Source of the DNA: an uncultured Bacteroidales bacterium
GTDB lineage: Bacteria > Bacteroidota > Bacteroidia > Bacteroidales > UBA10428
Assembly: GCA_964406315.1 (NCBI GenBank)
Contig: CAYORG010000005.1
Span: 20,802 to 84,801 of the forward strand
DNA length: 64,000 nt
Direction: 5' to 3'
Positions 40,411-49,288 of the stretch are shown piece by piece; within the stretch, counting starts at the first letter, position 1; each line of letters begins with the position of its first letter. A model generated the notes under the pieces. The model did no database searches. It was not told the DNA's origin and saw only the letters and a list, made by a program, of their open reading frames with translations. The translations under genes were made by a program, and so were the position numbers.

Positions 40411-42687
40411 TTAGTCATTTAAGTGAATAGATAAGAAATTCTCATATTTAACTTCCCACTTACCGTCTTCAGGAAAACCATTACGGATACACATCAGTGC
40501 AATGGCACTTAATAATCCTCCATTGCCGGGAAGGTATATTGTTAGTATTTCATCCTGGTAGTTATGGCCATTTATGAGGTATGTGTTTTTCGGACTATCC
40601 ATCATAAGCAGATCAATTGCCAGTTCGGGTTTGTTTAATTGTGTTGCACACATGGCCGCCAGAGGAAAGTCCCAACCCCAGGTTGTATTCCAGTCCCAAT
40701 CTGCCAGTACTTTATCCAGAGTGTTGCTCAGGATTTCCTTGTCGATCTTTTTCGTTTCGGGCAAAAATCCCAAAACACCCAGCACAATGGGATGATCCGT
40801 CAGGTACTCAGCATTGCGATAAGAATCCCGGGTGTTTTCCGTAAAAAGATACAGACTATCCTGTACGGGTAAGTCGGCGAGTTTTTCCAGAATGTTCTGC
40901 CAGTTTTTGTCTCTTTCCATGTTCAGCCTTTCCCGCCATTTCTGTGCAGTTTGTAGAGCCCAATACCAGTATGCCAGTTCGAATATGGGATTTATTGTAT
41001 TCTCAGGTTCAAAATGCTCCTGTGCAGGAATCAAAGCCGGACCTAAAACATAGCGGTTTTTGCTGCTATCCATTCTTGCATAAGAAGTCATAAAATCGGC
41101 AGTAGCAAATACCAGGCTCTTGTATTTCTGAAGAACCGTTTGGTCCTGGTTATAATAATTGTAAAGCAGCTCTGAGAAGTAGATAATATGAGGTTGCTGC
41201 CAGATCAGGAATGTACCAATAGTGCTGGGACTTTCCCTGCCTTCAGGGCCAATCATTTTTGGCCATCTTACACCATCATAACATTGTCTTTCGGCCATAC
41301 CCTTTGCCTGCTTATAAATGTGGTTATAAAATTCCATCTGTTGTTCCATATGATCTGCCCTGTTCCAGAGAATGAAATGAGCACTGTGCCACCAGTGCAT
41401 TTCCAGGTGGAACTTGCCATACCAGCTGTTGTAAATCAGACCTGTTTCCTGAGGAGGAAGCGAACCGCTGCATTGAATTTTTGTCAGGTATTGAGATAAA
41501 ATGACTCTGCGTTCCAGTTCAAATGCTCTTGGATCGGTACAATCGGAAAAATCTATGGCTGCTCCGTTATTCCAGAATTGCTTCCAGCGAACTTCATTAT
41601 TTTTTTTTGTTTGATCAAATCCGGGAAGCCTGTTGTCTGTTTTTTCTTTTGAAAAATGACAACTGAATTCGAAAATAGTATCATTGTCAACCGGCACAAT
41701 GTAATATTCATGATTTTCTGTTTTCTCAATGGTGGCTTTATTACTCCAATTAAAGTGTGCATAATACCTATCGTTATCCAGTGTCCTTTCAAATAGAACA
41801 CTGTTCCTTGTTTCCTCTGAGATTGCTGTTGTGTGCTTATCGGCTCGAAGCAGATCGCATGCACTGCTGAACTTCTCATGCCTGGCATAAGGGAACCGGA
41901 TTTTTATTTTCATCTTTCCTGTCAGCAATATATCAGATGCGATGCGAAATGAAATCAAATCCATATCCTGGTGACAGTATGTTATAACTTTAACAGGTGT
42001 ATGCTCTATTTTAAATTTGCTGATAATTTCACCCTTCCACAGATTCAATTCCTGAATCGGATCTTCAATATCGGAAATAGCCATTGGAATAGTATCATTT
42101 GCATAGATTTCCAATCCGATCAATCCCAGATGCAACCGGTGAGGATTTTCACGCAGCCATTGAGAAGCTTTGTTCTTTCTTTCTTCATTGGCTGTTGTGA
42201 ATTGATATATGTATGGGACCGAATCATTTCCTGCCCAGTACATTTTAATAACATCCGACAGAGTATAATCATCAGGATTCGGAAATGAATGCCAGCCCCA
42301 TTGTGACTGGGTTCCCAGGGGAATACCTTTCTCATAAAACTCAGGGAAGGTTTGCATGCCTGTAATATCAACTGTATATGCAAATTCGCCATTTCCGACA
42401 GTGAGAGAATTCAGGGGATCAATGTCTGAGTGGATAATATTATGCCTGTTCACAAGTTCAAACCTGTTGATTTTTGAGTTTTCGGATAAATTACATGATC
42501 CAATCAGGCTTGCTTTGTATTCGCAAGCTTTTCCTTCTGAGCTTTTTAGGCTAACTTTTTTATTTCGTTTAAAAATACTTGCCTGACTGGTCTTGTTTAA
42601 TTCATAGTCAATATCCTGATTTGTATATGAGCATAACAGAAAGAATAATACTACCAATAGAGTACATACTTTACACATAAATTTCAT
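40411..42687 (-). CDS. Uncharacterised secreted protein, putative (alpha/alpha)6-type glycoside hydrolase (GH95/GH65-like architecture)
   Basis: 758 aa with a signal peptide. The N-terminal LTVGNGEFAYTVDITG resembles the GNG motif of the GH95 N-domains. A later Trp/His-rich helical region follows (PPQETGLIYNSWYGKFHLEMHWWHSAHFILWN, LIWQQPH). The family is not recognised with confidence. Confidence 0.4.
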   Translation of the reverse strand: MKFMCKVCTLLVVLFFLLCSYTNQDIDYELNKTSQASIFKRNKKVSLKSSEGKACEYKASLIGSCNLSENSKINRFELVNRHNIIHSDIDPLNSLTVGNGEFAYTVDITGMQTFPEFYEKGIPLGTQSQWGWHSFPNPDDYTLSDVIKMYWAGNDSVPYIYQFTTANEERKNKASQWLRENPHRLHLGLIGLEIYANDTIPMAISDIEDPIQELNLWKGEIISKFKIEHTPVKVITYCHQDMDLISFRIASDILLTGKMKIKIRFPYARHEKFSSACDLLRADKHTTAISEETRNSVLFERTLDNDRYYAHFNWSNKATIEKTENHEYYIVPVDNDTIFEFSCHFSKEKTDNRLPGFDQTKKNNEVRWKQFWNNGAAIDFSDCTDPRAFELERRVILSQYLTKIQCSGSLPPQETGLIYNSWYGKFHLEMHWWHSAHFILWNRADHMEQQMEFYNHIYKQAKGMAERQCYDGVRWPKMIGPEGRESPSTIGTFLIWQQPHIIYFSELLYNYYNQDQTVLQKYKSLVFATADFMTSYARMDSSKNRYVLGPALIPAQEHFEPENTINPIFELAYWYWALQTAQKWRERLNMERDKNWQNILEKLADLPVQDSLYLFTENTRDSYRNAEYLTDHPIVLGVLGFLPETKKIDKEILSNTLDKVLADWDWNTTWGWDFPLAAMCATQLNKPELAIDLLMMDSPKNTYLINGHNYQDEILTIYLPGNGGLLSAIALMCIRNGFPEDGKWEVKYENFLSIHLND

Positions 42688-42789
42688 TTACTGTTTATGT
42701 AAAGTAAATTAAATAATTACAGAAAAAGTATTATTAAGTATGATTAAAAGCTGGCGATTCCACTCATTGCGTGATTGTTTCTAATCAGG

Positions 42790-44730
42790 CTAATTATTCA
42801 CCAATACTGCTTTGACATTATCACAGACCGATATTTTATCAAAAAAATTACAAAACTCCTGGTATCTGTTTTTATGATATGTTCCCTTATTTATTTTCAG
42901 GAAACGATAATACCAGATCTGTGAGCCATCCGAATAGACCTTACTACTATATTCTCCAAAATCAGATGTGAATTTATTGTCTTCAGGCAATCCTTCAATG
43001 GAATAATTTTCAGGAATTGTATAAATAACTGTATCAATTTCAATATAATCTCTTCTTACAAATATGTCAGATAATCTTTGCTCTCTTTTTCTGGGAAGAG
43101 GTTCGCTTTTAGTTTGCAAATTTAGTGGTATTAATATATGGTTCCCCATAGAGGTTGTATAATTCATTAATTGAACTTCAATTGTCTCTTCAACACAAGG
43201 GATGCGTTCTCTGATCTGATTATGTTTAAAATGAATTAAATGATACGATGGAATGTTTATTCTTTGGTACATTAATTTTTTTCTATCATGCTCATCATTG
43301 TAAAGTATAGGTAATAAGTCATTATAATATATTCCATGATATTTATTAGAAAGTGTTGCTGAGCCATAACCATCATCAGTCAGAGTGACTTTTGCAGTTC
43401 TGATTTGCTTATTATTACCGGATGTATAGGTTGGTGTGTGAGTTACTTTTCCACCATCTTCAGTTATCAATAAGACATTACGATCGTCAGTAAAAGTCCC
43501 TAAAAAACCACAGGGCAAGTGTTGACTTGTACATTCAAGCCACATTGTATCATTCTCTAATGGTACGCATAGAAATGCATGGTTAAATTGAGAGGAGGGA
43601 AATTTAGTAAACATTCGTGAAGCATCCTTTCCGGCATTGACAAGTGTATAAAAAGAACGAATACCGGCTGCGTTTAAAAGAGCTTTCATATAATTTGTTA
43701 AGGCCTTACAATCTCCGTATTTCAACTTGTCAACTATTTCAGCTTCAAATGGTTGCCATCCTCCAATTCCGACCTGAATACTTACATAACGGGTATTATC
43801 CTGAAGGTATTGATAAACGATTTTAACTTTTTCTTCATCTTCCGCAATATCTTTAACCATATCTTGAATTAAGTTAATCGTTTCGACTGGAAGTTTTTCT
43901 TTACCGGAATTTAACTTATTTACCCAGAGTCCAAAATCCAACCATGTTTCTGCGTTACCATTATATTTATCAAAACTAAAATCATTGGGTGCAGTGTATA
44001 CGATGGGGGCATATTCTCCAAAAGGCAAACAGTAGGGTTCACTTTCTATTGCTTTAAGCTTTTCCGCTTTCCATGTGTAAGTTTTATAGTCAGGGGTATT
44101 TACAATATAGACTGTTGAATGAATATTTTGCTCATAATATCTGAATGAAAGATCAAACGGTACACTGACGGTAAACCTGCTTTTTTCAACAGATATATCA
44201 AAATCATAATTTGGGATCCAGACAGGCAAAAACAGAAGTCCCTTTAAATCCTTTTCATACGTATATTCAACTGTAAAAGGAATTGTTCTGGTTTCAGGAT
44301 CTATATATTTAACACGATTGTCATTATAAACCGTATATTTGGATATGGCGCTATAATCAACAATTTTGTCGTTGGGTATTTTCCTCAGTAATTCTCCGTT
44401 TTCTTGATAGATTTTGCCGCTTATGTGATTAATTTTTGAAAACCTGTCATAATACTCCATGAAATATGATTTTTCAATTGCATTATTATTTAAGATTGTT
44501 ATTGCATAAGTGACTTTCATGGTGGCGCTCTCAATTGATTTCAATTCGAAATCAAGTTCATAGTTTCGGATAACTGCATCAGCATTATTCATTAATTCCT
44601 GAGGAATATCACTTACCCGGTATTTTATTTCTTTGGCATTTAGAGAGGTTCCCAATAATAATAAGAGAAAAAGAGAAACAGATTTTGGTACAGTTACCTT
44701 ATATCTTTTTAAGAATAATAAATTCAGCAT
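42790..44730 (-). CDS. DUF3857-like N-domain + transglutaminase-like cysteine-protease core protein
   Basis: 646 aa with a signal peptide. Core Cys in KYGDCKALTNYMKALL and His in FNHAFLCVPL...WLECT. Confidence 0.7.
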   Translation of the reverse strand: MLNLLFLKRYKVTVPKSVSLFLLLLLGTSLNAKEIKYRVSDIPQELMNNADAVIRNYELDFELKSIESATMKVTYAITILNNNAIEKSYFMEYYDRFSKINHISGKIYQENGELLRKIPNDKIVDYSAISKYTVYNDNRVKYIDPETRTIPFTVEYTYEKDLKGLLFLPVWIPNYDFDISVEKSRFTVSVPFDLSFRYYEQNIHSTVYIVNTPDYKTYTWKAEKLKAIESEPYCLPFGEYAPIVYTAPNDFSFDKYNGNAETWLDFGLWVNKLNSGKEKLPVETINLIQDMVKDIAEDEEKVKIVYQYLQDNTRYVSIQVGIGGWQPFEAEIVDKLKYGDCKALTNYMKALLNAAGIRSFYTLVNAGKDASRMFTKFPSSQFNHAFLCVPLENDTMWLECTSQHLPCGFLGTFTDDRNVLLITEDGGKVTHTPTYTSGNNKQIRTAKVTLTDDGYGSATLSNKYHGIYYNDLLPILYNDEHDRKKLMYQRINIPSYHLIHFKHNQIRERIPCVEETIEVQLMNYTTSMGNHILIPLNLQTKSEPLPRKREQRLSDIFVRRDYIEIDTVIYTIPENYSIEGLPEDNKFTSDFGEYSSKVYSDGSQIWYYRFLKINKGTYHKNRYQEFCNFFDKISVCDNVKAVLVNN

Positions 44731-46552
44731 GTTTCTTAATAAGTTGATTATAAAATTCTTTTAATACTTGATATTCGGTTGAAACAAATATTTCCTTATT
44801 GATGTTGAACCTGTAGAATACTGTAATTTTATTGTCCAAATGTGTAACATTGAAAGTAGCCTGAATAGCTTTACCAGGCAACTTTATAATAACTGATTCC
44901 GGCAATTCAACAATTTCATAACCGTCCGGAATAATAAAATTGTATAAATATGTTTTGTCTTCACACAGTGCGTAATCCACCGGGTATTTTCTTTGATCAA
45001 CCTTGAATGGATTTTCTTTCATTGAATCAAACAATAAAGGATTAAAATAGAGCATATTATTGATCGCAGTAACCGAGTTTACTACTTCGATTTCATATTT
45101 TTCCTTCACAGGCAAAGAAATACTATCAAGATTTTCTATAGTAAAGTCATGTATTCTAAGTCCCGGATTTTCATTTTCAATATTTTCAAGAAAATCGTCT
45201 TCGCTATTGAATTGTTGATAGTCTTTTCTGAAATCAAATGCACAATATTCATGACGTATATACTCGGCATTTCCGGATAAGGTCAAATCATCATTCAGAT
45301 TCAGCATATAGGCAGCTGCTTCCTTTCTTTCACCAGGTGATTTAATTTCAATTTGTGATCCCTTATCATTCTGGATCAAAATACCTCGGTAGTTAAGACA
45401 TCTCTCCGGGAGAAAATCATAAGGCATTAGTTCTTCTGTTGCATCCAGAAAATATGTTTCATCATGCAACTTTGCACAAGCAATAACATAATTAAGCTTT
45501 TCCAATGTGGGATAATAGGGTAATAAACCATTTTTCCGCGTGCTCATTGCAACGGGGAAGGCTGGAATATCCAGCTTATTTAAAAGAGAAACAAGCATCA
45601 AATTTATATCGGCTGAATTGCCAATTTCTTTATTGTATATTAAATACAGATTATTTGAAGTCAATAATCTTTCATCTTCATTCCATTTCACTTTCTTTAT
45701 ACTATCACATGCAGATTTAAGTTTATCAATGTCAGATGTACAGCTTGATTCAATTTCTTTTGCTATTCTATTTAAAAAAATATTGCCATCTATTGCTTTT
45801 CCAAAGTAATCACTTTTATCCAGTAGGTTAGCAACTGCATCCCATGAAGTTGTGAAACTTTTATAATATCCGGGAAAAGAAATTGAAAGTATATCAAATT
45901 CAAATTTTGTTATGTAATTTTCTATCGAATTGGTATACGGTTCTTTTTTAAAAGCAGGCATATTCTTTGCTATCCACCTGGTATCAGTATTGACATCCAG
46001 GTTTTCAAAGCCATAAAAATTCTTACGAAAATCAATATAAGGCGAGCTTTCAATAATCAATTCACTCCATTTTACCGGAATTACTTGCTGAAAATACCAA
46101 ATGAACGGGATACCCGGAAATGTGAACTCAATATCAATTACTGATCCGACTTTCACATTGGGCATTGCAATGCGCATTCTATAATAATCATCTGTAATTC
46201 TCTCTCTGTATATAGATTCGGATTTTAATTTATCGGTAATAATTTCGCCGTTTACAAGATTGTATGTCTTCCCCCGGATGGCTGTTTTTTGCGAACCTGG
46301 AAAAAGTTTATTACCCCAGCTAAATCCTTCTTTTTTAAGGATCTTTATTCGTAAAATCCTAACGAAATCAAAAGTTGTGCTGTTGAATCTGCCATAATCG
46401 CATAATACAATAGCCGGAGCACTTGTATCAAGATCATAAACCTCCATTTTAAGATCTTCAATATCGATTTTACCGAATTTAACAGGAGGCTTTCCAATAA
46501 CAGATAGCAAAAGAACAAAGAAAACAAACAATGTAACAATGGATCTTTTCAT
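44699..46552 (-). CDS. Paralog of the downstream transglutaminase-like protein with substituted catalytic residues (DUF3857/DUF3858-like)
   Basis: 617 aa with a signal peptide. It is collinear with the neighbour, but the aligned positions read GNSADINLMLVSLL (Cys to Ser) and LNYVIACAKL (His to Tyr). Its 3' end overlaps the next gene by 32 nt. Confidence 0.65.
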   Translation of the reverse strand: MKRSIVTLFVFFVLLLSVIGKPPVKFGKIDIEDLKMEVYDLDTSAPAIVLCDYGRFNSTTFDFVRILRIKILKKEGFSWGNKLFPGSQKTAIRGKTYNLVNGEIITDKLKSESIYRERITDDYYRMRIAMPNVKVGSVIDIEFTFPGIPFIWYFQQVIPVKWSELIIESSPYIDFRKNFYGFENLDVNTDTRWIAKNMPAFKKEPYTNSIENYITKFEFDILSISFPGYYKSFTTSWDAVANLLDKSDYFGKAIDGNIFLNRIAKEIESSCTSDIDKLKSACDSIKKVKWNEDERLLTSNNLYLIYNKEIGNSADINLMLVSLLNKLDIPAFPVAMSTRKNGLLPYYPTLEKLNYVIACAKLHDETYFLDATEELMPYDFLPERCLNYRGILIQNDKGSQIEIKSPGERKEAAAYMLNLNDDLTLSGNAEYIRHEYCAFDFRKDYQQFNSEDDFLENIENENPGLRIHDFTIENLDSISLPVKEKYEIEVVNSVTAINNMLYFNPLLFDSMKENPFKVDQRKYPVDYALCEDKTYLYNFIIPDGYEIVELPESVIIKLPGKAIQATFNVTHLDNKITVFYRFNINKEIFVSTEYQVLKEFYNQLIKKHAEFIILKKI

Positions 46553-46902
46553 AATTAGATTTTCAAATAGCGTTTATAGGATGAAAGTTATTTTTACTGA
46601 TAAACATAAGCCGGAGGCTTATTTTAATTAGTGAATATAGGATAAATATAATACTATCTTTTTTTCTGATCAGAATGTATATTTTCTGAATTGCTTTATT
46701 TAACGGAAATGTTGTATGAACGGTTACAATTTCATTTTCAGGTTATGTTTAGTATAAGGATTATTATTTAAAAGCTCTGTAAACAAAAGCATAGTTGTAT
46801 AAAATGACTTTGTATATTATCTGACATTTTGGAATGAAGGATGTTTTGTGATAAAGTTGTTATATTTATTATTTTAACAGTTGTGAAATATACTGGTTTT
46901 TA

Positions 46903-47943
46903 TTGATAATTAATAATTCCTTGGTTTTGAGAATCAATATATATACGTTGGTTGTTTTCATGTTAAATGTCTCGATTATTCATTCTCAACAAAATGACAC
47001 AGTAACAGTTAATCTGCCGGTTTACTACACTTCACTAAAAGACAAATTGTCCCTGTACCTATATGGGATCAATAAGTTCAATGCATTTGAAATGAAAGAT
47101 TCAGAGAAAGAGAATCTGATCCAGTTTAAACCAAATGAGAACTTTAATCTGGGTTTGGGATTTAACTACAAATGGGCCGGCATAGGAGCTGCATTTAATT
47201 TTGGATTCGTAAATAAGGACAATGATATTTACGGCGATACCAGAAGCATTGACTTGCAGGTGGATTTGTATACAAGTCGTATGGTTTTGTTTTTGAGCTT
47301 ATCGGGATATGAAGGATTTTACTGGCAGAATGTGGACGATTATTATTCCGGCTGGAGTATTAAAGACTCTGTTATTATCAGACCAGATATAAGTACCTTT
47401 AATTTCAGTTCCGGGGCCATCTATACCTTCAATCATAAAAAGTTTTCATTCCGGGCAGCCTACGGGAATACCGAGTGGCAAAAACATAGTGCAGGTTCTA
47501 TGCTGGCTGCCGCTTATTTCTCCTTATATGCAGTGAGTGCAGATTCCAGTCTTGTTCCGGATATATTACAAACCACATATCCTTTATTTGATAGTCTGAC
47601 AAATCTTGCAACCTTTAACCTCGGAGGTTCTTTTGGTTATACACATACTTTTGTTATTAAAAAACATGTTTTCATCAATGGTACATTGATGATTGGCGTT
47701 TCAATGCAGGCATTTACCGCGAAGGATTTCCTTGACAATGTTTTGGAAAGTAAAATCAAACCCTCTACACATTCTCATTTGCGATTGGCATTGGGATACA
47801 ACAGTGAAAAATCTTATTTTGGAATTTCCCTGATTGTCGATTCTTATTTAGCCAGGAATGAAATGAATTCTGAGTTTACGCGCAACTATGGCAAATTCCG
47901 CGTTTTTTACGGAAGAAGGTTTACTGTTTCGAAGTCGCATTGA
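46903..47943 (+). CDS. Hypothetical protein, possibly outer-membrane beta-barrel (DUF4421-like)
   Basis: 346 aa. Alternating aromatic/Gly beta-strand-like segments (NFNLGLGFNYKWAGIGAAFNFGF, FNLGGSFGYTHTF). The TTG start is uncertain. Confidence 0.4.
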   Translation: MIINNSLVLRINIYTLVVFMLNVSIIHSQQNDTVTVNLPVYYTSLKDKLSLYLYGINKFNAFEMKDSEKENLIQFKPNENFNLGLGFNYKWAGIGAAFNFGFVNKDNDIYGDTRSIDLQVDLYTSRMVLFLSLSGYEGFYWQNVDDYYSGWSIKDSVIIRPDISTFNFSSGAIYTFNHKKFSFRAAYGNTEWQKHSAGSMLAAAYFSLYAVSADSSLVPDILQTTYPLFDSLTNLATFNLGGSFGYTHTFVIKKHVFINGTLMIGVSMQAFTAKDFLDNVLESKIKPSTHSHLRLALGYNSEKSYFGISLIVDSYLARNEMNSEFTRNYGKFRVFYGRRFTVSKSH

Positions 47944-48102
47944 CTTAGTGGTACTAAAAATGATAAGACCAGTTTATAGAATGGTGTGTGTTCGGTACAA
48001 TTTCAGATTATCAATTCTCTGCAAGGTATGGTTTTCACTGAAATACCGCAAAAATGATAGCTAAGCAATGAAATTATAGATGTTGTATATTTCGAACTCA
48101 GG

Positions 48103-48148
48103 TTAAAATAAGAAAGCTTGCAATGAGTTTAAACAGTGCAAGCTTTCT
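48103..48148 (-). terminator. Candidate terminator downstream of kdsA
   Basis: 12-bp perfect stem agaaagcttgca/tgcaagctttct (48111-48122 / 48137-48148) with a 14-nt loop. A T-rich tract (ttatttta) follows on the minus strand. It lies about 130 nt after the kdsA stop. Confidence 0.5.
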
Positions 48149-48279
48149 GAAAATATGGGCCAAATCGTTAGGGTTACCAGGTGTTAAATATAGTGAAATC
48201 ATTTGATATAGCAATTTTCTTAGGAGGAAATCCTTAAAAACAAGGATGTTATACAATAAATACGTTAGTATCCAACGAT

Positions 48280-49083
48280 TTACAGTTCATTAATTGCCGA
48301 TCTGATTTTTTTCAGTTTCACCAGCAGTTCTCTCACCCGGGACAGGGGAAGCATATTTGCACCATCGGATTTTGCTTTGGAAGGATTTGGGTGTGTTTCC
48401 AAAAAAATTCCATCCGTTCCAACAGCTATACCTGCTTTTGCAATGGTTTCAATCATATCAGGAAGGCCTCCGGCAACGCCGCTGGCCTGATTAGGCTGCT
48501 GCAGTGAATGTGTTATATCCAGTACAACAGGGTATCCGAGTTTTTTCATCTCAACAATCCCTCTGTAATCAACAATAAGGTCACCGTATCCGAACATAGT
48601 TCCCCTGTCGGTAAGAAGAATGTTTTTATTGCCTGATTCTACTACTTTATTGGCTGCAAATATCATAGAGGCAGGTGCCAGGAACTGTCCTTTCTTAATG
48701 TTGACAATTTTGCCTGTTTTTGCAGCCGCAACCAGTATATCAGTCTGTCGACTTAAAAAAGCCGGTATTTGGATTATGTCAACATATTCAGCAGCCATGG
48801 CAGCTTCATTTGCAGAATGAATATCTGTGGTAACCGGAAGCTGGTATTTTTCTTTTATATCTCCGAGTATTTTCAATCCTTTCTCATCTCCGATGCCTGC
48901 AAAAGAATCCAATCGCGATCGATTGGCTTTTCGGTAGGAAGCTTTAAAGACATATTTTATGCCCAGTTCAGATGAAATATTTTTTATTGCTGAAGCCACT
49001 TCGTAACATATATCCTCACTTTCAACAACACAGGGACCTGCAATTAAGAAGAACTGGGAACTTTTTAATTCATTGATATTCAT
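48280..49083 (-). CDS. kdsA: 3-deoxy-8-phosphooctulonate (KDO-8-P) synthase
   Basis: 267 aa. FKASYRKANRSRLDSFAG, QIPAFLSRQTD and DITHSLQQP match KdsA. Confidence 0.9.
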   Translation of the reverse strand: MNINELKSSQFFLIAGPCVVESEDICYEVASAIKNISSELGIKYVFKASYRKANRSRLDSFAGIGDEKGLKILGDIKEKYQLPVTTDIHSANEAAMAAEYVDIIQIPAFLSRQTDILVAAAKTGKIVNIKKGQFLAPASMIFAANKVVESGNKNILLTDRGTMFGYGDLIVDYRGIVEMKKLGYPVVLDITHSLQQPNQASGVAGGLPDMIETIAKAGIAVGTDGIFLETHPNPSKAKSDGANMLPLSRVRELLVKLKKIRSAINEL

Positions 49084-49288
49084 TTCGTGAAAATTGATGA
49101 TTGCAGCAGTGAAATTACTTATTTCATAGCTTATTTAAGTCCATGCAGTAAAGAAAACTATAAAATAATGATAAATTTGTTCTTTCACAGTTGCGTGTGA
49201 CATGAGTATGAAAGGACAATATTTATGCTTCGTTAAGTGCAATTGTAATGATATTTGTATTATAATCAGAACAATTTGAAAAACAGGT

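Noticed and set aside
46606-46622. Hairpin ataagcc-gga-ggcttat followed by TTT, considered as a terminator
   Set aside because: No plus-strand gene lies upstream of it. On the minus strand it lies upstream of the gene start at 46552 and has no U-run. It is more likely incidental or part of a 5' leader.
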